Positions 28,914-41,606 of a stretch of 64,000 nucleotides of DNA are shown in pieces. Below the pieces are notes generated by a model. It saw only the letters and a list, made by a program, of their open reading frames with translations, was not told the origin of the DNA and made no database searches. Location: assembly GCF_001194135.2 (NCBI RefSeq), contig NC_068982.1, positions 112,687,623 to 112,751,622 of the forward strand, written 5' to 3'. Source of the DNA: Octopus bimaculoides. Its lineage: Eukaryota. The first letter of the stretch is position 1. Each line of letters opens with the position of its first letter. Made by a program: the position numbers and the translations under genes.

Positions 28914-30120
28914 CTGATATAAGAATTTGCTAGTTGACGAACAAGAATGCCTTCTAGCTGGCAATTCAATTTGGTATGTAGTTTATTGAACTTTAATGAT
29001 CACCTGCTGTTTTAGTTACGTTTAGAAACGCTGTATGACGAACTGACGTCATTCCACTAGCGTAATTAGTAGAGCGTTAGAAGAGTTCATACAGCTAAAA
29101 CAGTGTGAAATGTGTTACAGACGCATTCAGCAGAGATTTTTTTTATTATTTTGACGAAGTTAAGTATAATCCTGTTCAGAGAGCTGTTACTTCATTCGTT
29201 CCCTTGGCTGCAATTAGTAAAGACAATACTTTAAAAAAAAAATGAGATTTACTAATTCAATTTAATTTACATTTTATTCCTTTATCTGTATTTAGTTCGT
29301 TGAACTGCACGCAGAAATAATTCCTCACATGAATGACTTTATAATCAATGAACTGAATGTTAAGAACAAGCCATAAGATAATTTAGGAGGTGCGATCTAA
29401 ATTTAACATTTCTTTGCGTGCAGCTTTCAGGCAATAGAAAAAAAATTATATTTTAGAAACACATTAACGTTTTAATAGGAAACTTCGTATTAACTGCTCG
29501 TAGCTGTGTCTACTCGAAGATAGAATTAATATTAATACCAAATTTACAAACAATTTTTAAAAAACTTCTAGTCTCACATGAAAGCGGAAATGAAACAGCA
29601 GAAGAGTCCACAGTTAATTCAGACCTTACCTCAACAAATAATACGAAGTATACAGGGAAATAATGCAGTTAGAGTCAATTATACATAGAAACAGTTTAGT
29701 GGCTGGACAGAAAACATGAAGTAACACCTTTACTTGGATAGAGTCTCGGAGCAGAACGATTGGTTTATGGTAATCTAGAGCTGCCAGCGTGTAAATGACA
29801 GAACGAGGAGATGAGGTGTACTGCTTTGATTGGTGTGTAATCGCTGAGCCCAAATATTTTCACGAGAATGTCAGTTTCCATTGCTTATAGTCTTTATTTC
29901 TGGAATTCAATTAACAAACCTGACTAATGCTTGAATTAGCTTCTTGAAAGTATTTGTAGTTACAAAACAATGAAGCAATAAAGGGGATGTTGTCTATGCG
30001 AGCATTTGAACTGTGATAAATGACAGCAAAATCGCTCTCAAATCACAGCTTAGAAATCGAATATTGTAGGCCTAGGTAGATTTTGATTGAAAAACAGAAG
30101 AGAAACCCCTGATGCGAACA

Positions 30121-30190
30121 CCTAACCCTAACCCTAACCCTAGCCCTAACCCTAACCCTAACCCTAACCTTAACCCTAACCCTAATCTAA
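30121..30190. repeat. Interstitial telomere-type (CCCTAA)n/(TTAGGG)n tract, ~11 units
   Basis: CCTAACCCTAACCCTAACCCTAGCCCTAACCCTAACCCTAACCCTAACCTTAACCCTAACCCTAATCTAA. Confidence 0.9.
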
Positions 30191-30624
30191 CAAGGGAGAA
30201 CTAGCTAGCTCAACTAGAACAACTTAACCACAAAGTGAGGACGAGGACAAATATGCAAGTCCTTATGAGTTTCGAAATAAGGTTATTGAGTTTTATAACA
30301 ACGATCATATATTGGATTTACGTTCACAAATAAGCAACTGAGGGCTAATACTCCCAGCTGAATGCTGAATAATACCTTGTGGCATCATCGGAGTCTCGAA
30401 TATGAAGCGCAATTTATTTGGGAAAAAATTATAGTTGTTCATATGTGCGAAAAGGCATTATCGTAAATTCATGATAATTTCATAACATGATCATTTATTC
30501 CTTTGTCATCTCTGTGTCTTATTACCGCTCTATACTCGTCTGACACTTCGTTATGAAGAATGCATGTACTGAGTTTTATACCAGGTTATTAGTCTCGCAA
30601 TGCCTAAGCTTAATAGATTTACAT

Positions 30625-30855
30625 TCTTTTACTTGTTTATTCTTTTACTTGTTTCAGTCATTTGACTGCGGCCATTCTGCAGCAACACCTTTGGTTGAAC
30701 AAATCTATCCCAAAGCTTATTCTTTGTAAGCCAAGTTCGTATTCTATCGGAATCTTTTACCGAACTGCTAAGTTACGTGGACGTAAACACACCAACATCG
30801 GTTGACAAACGATAGTGGGGGGACAAACACAGACATAATATAATACATACATACA

Positions 30856-30939
<84 letters not shown>

Positions 30940-31090
30940 CATTTACGACGGGCTTCTTTCAGTTTCCGTCTACCAAATCCACTCAAAAGGTAGCCCTGAG
31001 GCTATAGTAGAAAACATTTGCCTAAGGTGCCACACAGTGAGACTGAACCTGGAACTATGAGGTTGAGATGCAAGCTTCTTACCATACAGC
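30625..31090 (-). mobile_element. Near full-length tRNA-derived SINE (octopus OR1/OR2-like) with internal (TA)n
   Basis: On the minus strand: head GCTGTATGGTAAGAAGCTTG...GGTTCAGTCTCAC, core GGATTTGGTAGACGGAAACTGAAAGAAGCCCGTCG, (TA)n, body, and tail GGCCGCAGTCAAATGACTGAAACAAGTAAAAGAAT with a duplicated tail unit. Confidence 0.85.
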
Positions 31091-31156
31091 TTACGTAATT
31101 AAATGCAGATACTAATTCAAGACAAGGTTACTTATTTGATGATTATAGGAAACGTC

Positions 31157-31162
31157 ATGATA

Positions 31163-31215
<53 letters not shown>

Positions 31216-31266
31216 GACGACGACGATAATGATCACGGTATTGTTGTTGTTGGTGGTGGTAATGAT
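31157..31266. repeat. (GAT)n microsatellite grading into GAC/GTT/GGT triplets
   Basis: Directly visible. Confidence 0.9.
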
Positions 31267-32624
31267 GACGGATATCAAATTCATATTCGTGTGTGTGCCT
31301 GTAGGTGTGTGCGTTTCTATTTGTTCCAACTCTTCGAAGTATTAGTAAGAATCATAACTTGAAGCAGAATTACTTATATGATACCTAATATTGTCACACA
31401 TAGCTCTCATACAACTGTATACTATCTTACATCTTGTGAGAAAATTGCCAAAGTATCAATTTATTTATCAACGCAGGAATTATTTCTAGCTTATAAGTGG
31501 TTCCGTCAGTTGGTCTAGTATGTTTTTTTGTTCGTCTTTTTTTTTTTTACATTTCAGTTATAAATCCACTTCTTCAGTATAAAGGACGTATGATATGTTA
31601 TTAATATAAAACCTTTTACAGAGAATTCCGTCATTCCGATCTCAACAGAAATTCTGACCTCATAAGAAATATTGTTATTTTCATCGGTATTTCATTCCTA
31701 GCATCGGATGAAATTTGATCAACTGTTAATAGTTGTTAACTACGTCCGAAGGTATTGTTACGAAATATATCCATACAGGTATTTTAACATTCGTGACCAG
31801 AGTATAGAACCAAATATAGTTTTCCAATTTAGCCAGATTTTATCACTTATGGTGACGTGGCTTTGCAAATGAAAATAACATTGACGCAGCAGAAAGCCGC
31901 TTTCTAGCAAGTTCTTGTTAGCGTTTTTAACTTTCTGATTCTTCAGTACATATGTTAAAGGCCTGCACTTATCAAAAGTTGTATATGAGATTGCGAAATG
32001 TTTATTTTTTGCCAGTCTTTATGTACAACGGTGTTCATTTACGTAGGTTCTATTGTTATATATATATATATATATATACGTAAATGAGATTATTTCTATA
32101 GAACGGACACGTTTGTAACAGTTCACTGTGGTCAACAAATATTTATATAGAGAGTATAAGCACATGCTTCGGATCTTTATATTTCTGTATATCTCTGCAT
32201 AGTTTAGATATATCTTAGCGTATTTATGTGTATGTATATATGTATGTAAGTATGTATGTATGTCATTAGCTCCTTAAATTCTATGCCCCCAATAGATGAG
32301 GTAATGAAAGCAATAAGTAAATTGAATCTTGGTAAGGCACCTGCTAAGAATGGTGTTTGTGCATAATTTTCATATATATATAAACACACACACACTCACA
32401 CAAGTTTAAAGGTTTCAACAGACACCCTGTTTGTTTACTGTATATATATGCTTATATACATTAATCTATATATGCAGGTATGTGTGTGTATATATATATA
32501 TATTTATATTGATGTATATGTTTATAAACATATACGCATATATGTATATATGTATATATATATTTATATATATATATATGTATATATATATGGGAGAATG
32601 TACGAAAAAAAAAACAACAGACGA

Positions 32625-32780
32625 GGACAGGTGGTGTAAACAACAAAAGGATGTATTAGTTTGACGCTCGGGAATACAGAAAGTCTTTAATGTTTCGAGC
32701 TACGCTCTTCAACAGAAAGAATACGGAGAAAACAAGGAGAAAAACACGGAGAAAAAAATTGAATGATGTTTGGTCAGCGA
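32625..32780. mobile_element. Probable Penelope-like terminal-repeat fragment
   Basis: Contains TGTTTCGAGCTACGCTCTTCAACAG, resembling the remembered ACGTTTCG...GCTCTTC.TCAG motif of Penelope terminal repeats. Confidence 0.35.
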
Positions 32781-33618
32781 TTAATCATGGCGTCTGTGTA
32801 TATACATACATATATACACGCATATAGATATATACATATACATACATATATACACGCATATATATACACATATAGGTATGTGTGAAAGAGTTTATATTTG
32901 ACTATTTATATTAATGTTGCTCAATGCAGGGTCAGTTTTACTGGAATCTGCTTTCGTGGTGAATCACTGGTCGTAACAGATATTACACATTGGAAAGCTC
33001 CGCACCCTAATGGAGGTCAAAAACTACTCAGCTACATTGAAGTTTCCAGTTTAAACGCACATCATGAAATTAAGGACCTACTAAAGCAAATGTGAGGTAG
33101 AAATTCCTGGCCTGGTGTGGTGAAATGCATCCCTATTGCGCCCGCTTGAATCGGAGAATGCCTATGTCTGCACCATGAACTAAATTATTATATAATTGGT
33201 TTTGACTGTAATATATAGTTTTGCCCATACATTTCAAGATCAATGTTTCTATTACATTTATCAGAATCTCATTAGGCGGTAGGATGTGTTATGTTAATTT
33301 TGAAATGTACACATCTTTAATCTGTTTTATTATGAAATCAAATATATTTGCGTCATGAAACTACGTTGTCAAAGACGGAGTAGGAATCCTGTTTTTCTTA
33401 AGCCACAACTCGCATCACTTGTTATTTATTAACTTGAAAGAACTATTTAGGCTGAAAGCAACAATTCGAAGATAAACATTTATACTTTACAATAGGTTCA
33501 GTTAAAAAGAAGGGCGGCCAAGGGATATTTATCACCTTCTCATCTCATCTTTATTGATCTCAGCTTTCTAAAGGTTATTCACCAGTTTCTGTTCATGTCT
33601 TAGTGTATCTGTGTATAC

Positions 33619-33659
<41 letters not shown>

Positions 33660-33982
33660 CATATATATATATACATATAGTAATGTATATAAGCCAACAT
33701 AACGTGGATGTCCTATAAAGGACGATGTTACTGTTGTTTTATCACCAGGAAAACATCTTTTCCAGTTGGCAATCGACACAGTTTGTGTCCGTATATAACA
33801 TTTGCAAGGGAGGTCATCACTTCCGTCTCTAGCCTTATGTGATACTCACAGACCTAGGTGTCTAGATGTTATCCGTCCTCAGTGTGAGACTACCACCAAT
33901 TAGTGACGAAAGCTATCTCCACTCGCAAATACTATATATTTTTTAAGCGACACACAATTACTGATCTCGTATCGAGAAAAAC

Positions 33983-34095
33983 AACATGTTTTAAATCTTT
34001 GAGCGAGAGAATACAGTTACAGTACCGAATAGTAATGTTTAGAAAAATTCGGTACTTTTACTGTATTTCTCTCGCTCAGAGATTGAAAACATGTT
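33983..34095. other. Near-perfect 113-nt hairpin (48/49-nt arms, 16-nt loop)
   Basis: Arm 33983-34030 AACATGTTTTAAATCTTTGAGCGAGAGAATACAGTTACAGTACCGAAT matches the reverse complement of 34047-34095 at 44 of 49 positions. Confidence 0.9.
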
Positions 34096-35149
34096 TTTTT
34101 CTCTCTCTCTCCTTATATATATATAGAGAGAGGAAAGCGTGGTAGTGAGAAGGTGGCAGCGGACATGTGTGCGTGATGTGAAAGTGAACACAATAGGAAT
34201 GAAAAAGGTGCTGCTGAAGGTAAATATACATGGCTATTGACTGTGAGATGCTATTGGTGGAGAAATGACAGAGGAAATGAGAAAGAATGCAGAGCATCTT
34301 GAGAGTCGAAAGAGGGTAACAAGGTAATAGCTAAGGTTAAAATCCAGATATGATTTACGTAGGGGAGAAATCGACAGAAAAAGTGGAGTCAGAACGGGTG
34401 GCGTGGTATTTTGCGTGAAGAAAAGAAGAGGAACAGGAAAAAGGAGAACTCTTTAGCAAGAGAGCGAAGCGTGTGTGTATGTATATGTGTGTGTTTGTGT
34501 TAGCTAAAGAGTTAGTTGAATACAATAATCAAACAAACCATGAAGGCGTTAAATACAATTGACAAGCGAGGTGGATGTCGTAGAGTGGGAGTTGATTGTA
34601 TGAGTACATAAGGAAACGCCTGAGTGCTAGTGTATGTACGCTAATGGGCGAGTGTATTTTTAGTGCAGATGTGTGTTTATATGCATGTTTGGGAACAGCG
34701 TATTAGTGGCTATGTATCTGTGAGAGAGACAAGAAAATGTTGATAGGTTTGTACATTTGTAAGCGTAGGGTACACGTGGGCGGAGAGTAGATATCTGTGA
34801 ATATGCATGTGATGGCAAGATGCTGTTTGTGGGTATGAGTGTATGTTTGTCTGTAGACGTGGTGTTGTACGTGGAGGTGTCGGTGAGACAAGGTGTTGAG
34901 AGTGATGAATTTTATGTATGCCTGTGTATAAGTGACAGTTGCAAAGGTGTCTAAGTTGGCGTGGAGTGCATGTGGAAATTGTATGAGTGTTGTAAATATG
35001 TGGTTGGGTGTGAAGGTGGGATATGGATAGTAGAGAAGGATGTGGGTATAAGTGGATGCGTGAGAACTTCGTAGACAAGTGAGGGGAGATAAAGGATAGG
35101 GTGTATAATGAAGGGGCTGGTGATGAGAAAAGGTAGTTCGAAGAAATGA

Positions 35150-35474
35150 GGGGGAGAATTGAAACCCACGAAGCATACACGTTTAAAGTGGAAAATGAGC
35201 CAACGTTCCCTCTGGAGGCGACTGGTAGAAGTTCCAGTGGTGGTAGCCCTGACGGAGAACGTGAGATGGTGGATGGAACAGTTAGCTGAGCACAAATGTC
35301 GAGAGACATGTGACTTGTTGCAAAGTCAGATGACTGTGAGGTGCCCCATAAATCTGTCAGCCGGAAGACGGGCGGTTTGCGCGATTGCAGATACATTAAG
35401 GGCATATGTATATATATATATATATATATNNNNNNNNNNNNNNNNNNNNNNNNNNNNNNNNNNNNNNNNNNNNN

Positions 35475-35514
<40 letters not shown>

Positions 35515-36080
35515 GTTATTAAAAGTGAAGCGAAAGACGTTCTTAGTATGGAAGGTGCAAAGGTTGACTCTGGAAAGGATGATGGTGACGGAAAAGAAAA
35601 AGCAGGCACCACTCTGGGACAGGAAGCAAGGAAGAGGGAAGAGATCTGGAAAGGAGCGGGGTGGTTAAGGTGCTATGAATGAAAAGGCTGTGAAGGATGC
35701 CGATATGCTTGAAGTAAAGAATGGCTGAAAAAGGAAAGAAAGAGGAAGTGAAAAGATTAGATTGGAGGCACTGGGAGAGGCGGAGAATAAAGCGTTAAAA
35801 TGAGAGAGTTGTAGGGTGATTTGCAAGAAGAAAGAGTAGTATTCTGGATATGAAGTTTTAGGGCTGTGGTGTGATCAATGGCCCGGATGCAAGTGAGAGC
35901 GGAATGGATAAAGGGGAGGAGCACGTACTTCGAATGAAGCAACGATCATGGTTACTATTGCAGAGGCACCAGAGGCGAAGGAACTGGTAGTAGGGGATGG
36001 AGTTCTTGATGTGGGTGGAGTGTTAGGAGAAATCAAGGTACGAGTGGGAGCTAGTGTCTTTTAATAAGACGGTGATGTGG
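35150..36080 (-). mobile_element. Second Penelope-like element relic (RT thumb plus GIY-YIG)
   Basis: Minus translation: 'KDTSSHSYLDFS*HSTHIKNSIPYYQFLRLWCLC' (Penelope K.TDSHSYL...S.HP.H.K.SIPYSQFLRL motif), 'SALTCIRAIDHTTAL', then after a (TA)n/gap 'AQTARLPADRFMGHL...VSRHLCS...RLQRERWLIFHF...GFN' (GIY-YIG). The purine-rich 34200-35150 is probably its 3' region. Confidence 0.75.
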
Positions 36081-36630
36081 AAATGAAAGATTTTATCGGT
36101 CATGAAGAACATAAACTGAAATATATTTGTTACTCAGTGTAACCGGCATATAAGCATTCATATTTGCGACCTATCCTCGTTCCCACAAAAAAACACATAT
36201 ATTTATACACATGTATCTATATATGTGTGTGTGTGTCGGTGTGTATGTGAGCATGCATACCGTTCGATGAGGGGCTGGAAAATAGTAAGGAGTCAAAATT
36301 AAACTAGATACAAAAGAAGGAACAAACATATCGCAGGATATATTCCAACAAGAACTCATTAAAATATTCGTGAAATGTTTCCTGCAGTCCAGTTTAAGTG
36401 TGTCTCACTACCGTTTATTATTAATTGTGACTCACTATCGTTAATTATCAACGAAAAAGGAATTTGGTAGACTACTTTATTTCAGGTGAAGTGTTTTTTT
36501 TTTTGCTCTTTTTTCTTTTTTTTTTACCAGTGTTACGTATGCAGATCGAAATGACAGGTCGTAAAAGAAGATAGCTGTCTTTTGAAGATTGCAGTATAAA
36601 ATTCTGTTGCTTACTTGACATTGTACGTAC

Positions 36631-36769
36631 CATGTCAAGCAAGCACCTTACTATTTCATCTACTGTTAGAATGGTAGATGAAAAATTTTCAGCAAGATCT
36701 AATGGCGGCAAATGACAACAGCACTTCTTAGATGGCACACGATGGCGTTTAGATATGCAATATAGTGAG
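36631..36769 (-). CDS. Exon 2 of the minus-strand gene (139 nt; S-SLYCISKRHRVPSKKCCCHLPPLDLAENFSSTILTVDEIVRCLLDM)
   Basis: Acceptor GGTTTTCAG in phase 2 matches the upstream donor; donor ATG|GTACGT is phase 0. An alternative in-phase donor ATA|GTAAGG would end the exon at 36652. Confidence 0.7.
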
Positions 36770-37422
36770 CTGAAAACCGTCTACAGAGATTATTGTGCAG
36801 TGCGTTCTCAAAAATAACCGCTTGTTGTATTTAAAATCTAAAATCATCAAACAAATAAATCTAATAAGATGGGAAACAGAAAGTTTTACAAAATGCACAT
36901 GATTGGAACGGATCTTGTCATTAAAACCAAATGTTGAATCAATTAACATGCTCTGGTTTTATTAGAGCTCATCGATAATGCTCTGTTCAGTTGCCAGTCT
37001 TATGACTAATGTGAATGTAGAGAAATAAAAGGAATTGTAAACATCAACAATGAGGGTGAGTTAAATTAACTTAAGATAAAGTTCTAACGGAAGTGCCTCA
37101 AAATATGATATATAGCGACTAATTAACTAATATTTTTCAAGCATTTAGACGATTAAAAAAAACTCATTCTAGGTGTGGATTAGAATGTAAGAGCAACAAA
37201 CAACGGAAGTAATTACAAGAAGATGGGCCAGTGGAAAATTCTGGAAAATGCAGATGAGAGTTAATCTAGCCTTGAAAGCAAACGGTTGAAAATAACGAAC
37301 GTGTTTCAATCTCATTTAACTCTTCAGTGAATCACGTACATACCCTTATTGTTTTCATAAGGTTTTTTTCACTCAGCCATATTGTTTCTCATAATCTGCG
37401 TTACTATATGTGTGCGAATGTA

Positions 37423-37468
<46 letters not shown>

Positions 37469-37470
37469 GA

Positions 37471-37498
37471 TAGATAGATAGATAGATAGATAGATAGG

Positions 37499-37559
<61 letters not shown>
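37471..37559. repeat. (GATA)n microsatellite
   Basis: Directly visible. Confidence 0.95.
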
Positions 37560-38976
37560 GTACACTATCACTTTTAAGAAGCTGACCAAAAGTCTTCGCT
37601 GAGGAGGTATAATAGGATCAAAATAGAATAATTTCAAGCATTTGTACTCTTTTTAAGGAATGGCTTTTGACTTCAATGCAAATTTTCACTACCAATTGAA
37701 TTACTTTCTCTTCCCCAAATTTTCGGTTAGCTCCTTCGTTTTGCAGTTATTTTCTCTGCTTGTGTATGTGCGTGTTTTTTTTTTCTTTATCGTATAACTT
37801 CCATAGGGGAATTTTTTTCCTTTACTTGCATTGAGACTCTCAGCTACTCGAATCTTTTCGCTTCATTATAATGCCTATGAGTGTGTCTGACTAGAGTATA
37901 TAAAGAATGCTGACTACTTCCATGAGGTACTTTCTCTAAACCATATTCTTGACAGCTCTAAATTGAACCTTCACTACGATTTTTCCAGATGCATGTGTAT
38001 CGAATCCTCTACTATTGACCAAGCTATCGTAGAAAAACACAACCTAACCCAAATATCTATATTGACTTATATTGACTTACATGTTAGTATCATATTCAAT
38101 AAATGTAATACTAACATCCCGTCTGCGTAAAAGATAAAAGTAACACTTCCATACATCCATCAATAAACATTGCAAATATTCTAATTGTGCCTCTAACAAT
38201 TCATACTCTAATAATATTTGGATACCCAACAGGATATAAACAGATGTACTTCATACAATCTTAGGTTTAAGAGAATTTAATACTCTGAAGAGCAGTATAC
38301 TATGTAACTGAAGTAATGAGTTGTTATGAGCCTTATATTCAACTGGATTACTTATTCGAATTCTTACAATTCTTACGCCTAAAATTTATCAAAAGAAAAA
38401 TTTTAAAGAAATTGCAAGGTAATCAAGTGATACAGAAAGGCCGGTTATTTAGAATTTCGCTTTGTAATCACGAGATTCCTGTTGGGTCGACTGAAACCGT
38501 GTCAGTGAAACAGATGATAGGAAACTGAGGAAGCATGGCGAATGGATTGCATCTGTAATTCAAAGGTAGAATCCTGTGACATAGTATCACGCTAAATCTA
38601 CGTACGTGCTTGATCATGGTATACTCGACCACACTACGCGTTCTATTATATAAGAATATATTAAAAGATATTAGTTCTCAGATTTAACATATTATGTCAT
38701 GCGCGTTCAAAGTTTCAGGACCGAATACCTTCACACGGATATTGATACACAAAAAGGTCTCTTATTTATCACTGCGATGTCTTATATACACACGAGAGTA
38801 ATGGATATCAGAATTATCTCGACTGAATAACAATTCAAATTATCGAAGTCTTGCCAAACGAACTCGATAAGTTTCTGTCACTTCACCACTGAAAATGCTA
38901 CAAATATCAGTTTAGATATAATATATGCTACTTAAAAATCATATATGCAGTGTTATCGTTGACTAAGTCCAGATTA

Positions 38977-39107
38977 TTCCACCGAGGTTGACTTTACCTT
39001 TCATCCATTGGGGCCAATAAAATAAGTACTAATCAAGTTCCGGGGTCGATGTAATCGATTACTGCATTCTCTTCAAAAACTGCTGGTCCTGTGCCGAAAT
39101 TTGAAAC
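38977..39107 (+). mobile_element. SINE fragment (octopus OK/Ceph-SINE-like)
   Basis: ATTCCACCGAGGTTGACTTTACCTTTCATCC...AATAAGTAC...GGGGTCGATGTAATCGA...GCTGGTCCTGTGCCGAAATTTGAAAC matches the remembered consensus of this SINE group. Confidence 0.65.
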
Positions 39108-39564
39108 TATTAGTTAAGTTGAGATTAATTCTGGTTCAATAGGTCTCCGATTAAGGAAGGCATTTCAGACATGATCAACCACAAACCTATTGCACCGGAT
39201 GCATGTGTATACACGCAAACTTAATTTTAAGAAAAATTGATATCCAAAATACTAAGTAATTATTCACAGAATATTTGAAATATTCATTTAATCAATAAAC
39301 GGATTGGGCTTTTTATTTTACAACTATGTCTACCATCGTTCGATGCCTCTTTATTGTTTCAAGGGGGTTGAATTGGATTTAAGCGATTTTTACAGGTGGT
39401 TCTATCAGGTCGAGAGGCCGTGCAATACCTAGCAAATTGGTTTTCATTATTTTGTTACTCTTGTGGTATTTGTGGTATTGAACTATATAGATTTAAAATT
39501 ATAATATGTACAAAAAACGGGAGCAATGAATATTTCATGTCCTTCTTTTGTAGGGTTACCAAGC

Positions 39565-39635
<71 letters not shown>

Positions 39636-40664
39636 ACCAGTTATCTGAAACTAGTAATTCGTCATATTTCGGTGAGCAACAGTGCCAAATGTGTAATAAG
39701 TCCCACATGTTCCTTTAAATTACATATTTCGTGGTAGGATGCATCTTTTCTTAACCGTATACAAAGGAGTTATTTTAAGATTGAAATAGACCAACTTACA
39801 GACAGAATACTTAGTTATTGACTTTCTAGATTTTGAAAGCTATTTCAGGTGTTATTTGCAAGAATAAACTTTTGGTTCTCTAAAACGGAGAGAACGGTGT
39901 GACTCTTTCAAGGAGAAGATAAATTAAGACGTCACCCAATGAGTGTGGTAGATTATAACAGAGGTATTTATTTTTTCAAAAGGAAATTAATTAATCTATA
40001 AATGTAGCATATCCACTGATATGTACAATGATTTAAAAAGCAATTTAAGGTGAAATCTTATTTTATTAATAGCTGCATGTCAAAAGTTAGTAATAACTTG
40101 CTGTCGACTAGGATTCAATGAAATTAATTAGAGGAGATAGAAAACTGAATTACTGTCCAATTACTTGGATATATTGATCAGAAGTTTCATTGATTTTACT
40201 TGAGATAACGTTGGAAAGCAACTAATAGAACCATATGGGAAAGTAGGGGATGATGGAAATCCTACAGCTTCAAAGTATGTAGTACTAATGAACATCATGC
40301 AATTTTATTGAGAGGAAAGTGCTTGTATGTTATATAACTTGCGATTCTAACGGAACTATGATGAAAACCTACAGGCTGACAAACACTTCAGGGTATATGT
40401 TGTTACATTGTGGTTTCTCAGAAGAATATCAGACTTTTCTGCTAGTCATTGCACATAAATACTATATCTTATCATGTATAACGGGAGCATCAAAGGTTAA
40501 TCATTAACCCGAGGGAACACTTATCACTAATTGAGTAAATTAGAAACGCCGAGGGTGAATTTTTCACCTAAAGATTTTAAGGAGCAAGCACAATTTAAAA
40601 AATGCAGTCGCTGAATATATTCAAACTTTATCATTCTTTCTGTTATGATCAACATCAACGTGAA

Positions 40665-41606
40665 ACATTTGATGCTTCAAAAAGTATCCGACTTCATACT
40701 TTCATGCCAGAGAACTAATGTCGTGCAGGCACGTCCTTTGGTTTGGGGATGACGCCACCCTTCTCCCCCATGCTCACAAATTACCGCGCCGGTATAAGGC
40801 TTCATTCCCTAGTATGCCGGTATGCCGCTTCAGTTCAGTTACACCTAGAGGGCGAATGTGTAGTGCGCGTTCATTAGACTTTCGCTTTCACTGAATACAT
40901 CCTGCAGAGGCATTGCATCAAGTTTTGTTGAAAGGCTAGTGATACTCAAGCTCAAACCATCCAGAAATTTCAGCAGCCCTTTGGCAATGAGGCCATGGGT
41001 AAAGCTCAGATCAAGGAGTGTTACAACCGCTTTAAACATGGTTGCATTTCGGTGGACAGTGAGACATGCTCAGGCAGGACATCCATAAACTGAAGCGAAG
41101 AAGCTGATTGAGATGGTTCGACAAACAGTCATAGGAGACCGTCGTGTAACAATCCAGGAAATTGCTCACAAAGTGGGAATAAGCACAGGATTAGTGCGTT
41201 CTATTTTAATATAGGATTGTGCACTCGGAGAGTGTCGGCGAAATTCGACCCCAAGTTGCTGGCGGAGCGGCAGAAGTAATTCCTCATAGAAATCGCTCAG
41301 CACATGCTGGACTGTGCAAACCATGACCCAGGCTTCACGAAGACCACCATCACATGTGATAAGACAAGGGTCTATGGTCTCTGCTCGATGCATTCTTTCA
41401 TCTTGCTGGAAAAGGAAAATCGTTCGAGCACGCACCACGCGTCTATACTTGAGGGGTAACAGCAAGTAACTGGCCCTGCCTACCTGTGCGAAAGTTTTAA
41501 TGTGCACGCAGGAAGGGTGAAGCCACTTCCGACTGAAGAGTTTGCCCATATGGCTTAGTTTTGGCGGAAAAAAATGAAACTAAATACTTTTTGAACGCAA
41601 CTTGTA
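40665..41606 (+). mobile_element. Decayed, internally deleted mariner (Tc1/mariner) DNA transposon
   Basis: Remnant inverted termini TTCAAAAAGTA (40676-40686) and TACTTTTTGAA (41585-41595), ending in ...CTTGTA, enclose a transposase pseudogene. Confidence 0.8.
40905..41378 (+). pseudogene. Mariner transposase pseudogene, N-terminal half
   Basis: 'QRHCIKFC*KASDTQAQTIQKFQQPFGNEAM...ECYNRFKHG...GDRRVTIQEIAHKVGISTGLVRSIL / RRVSAKFDPKLL...QK*...DPGFTKTTITCDKTRVYG'. This covers the HTH regions, the RVSAKFVPKLL linker variant and a degenerate ITGDETW first catalytic motif, with stops and a frameshift. Confidence 0.9.

Noticed and set aside
33093-33130. GAGGTAGAAATTCC...GTGGTGAAATGC, faintly like an SSU rRNA motif
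   Set aside because: The match is only a few short words, with no flanking rRNA homology.
34703-35668. 157-300 aa ORFs (34710..35612, 34703..35176, 35159..35668)
   Set aside because: They are off-frame or antisense readings of the Penelope relic and its low-complexity tail, and they span a gap.
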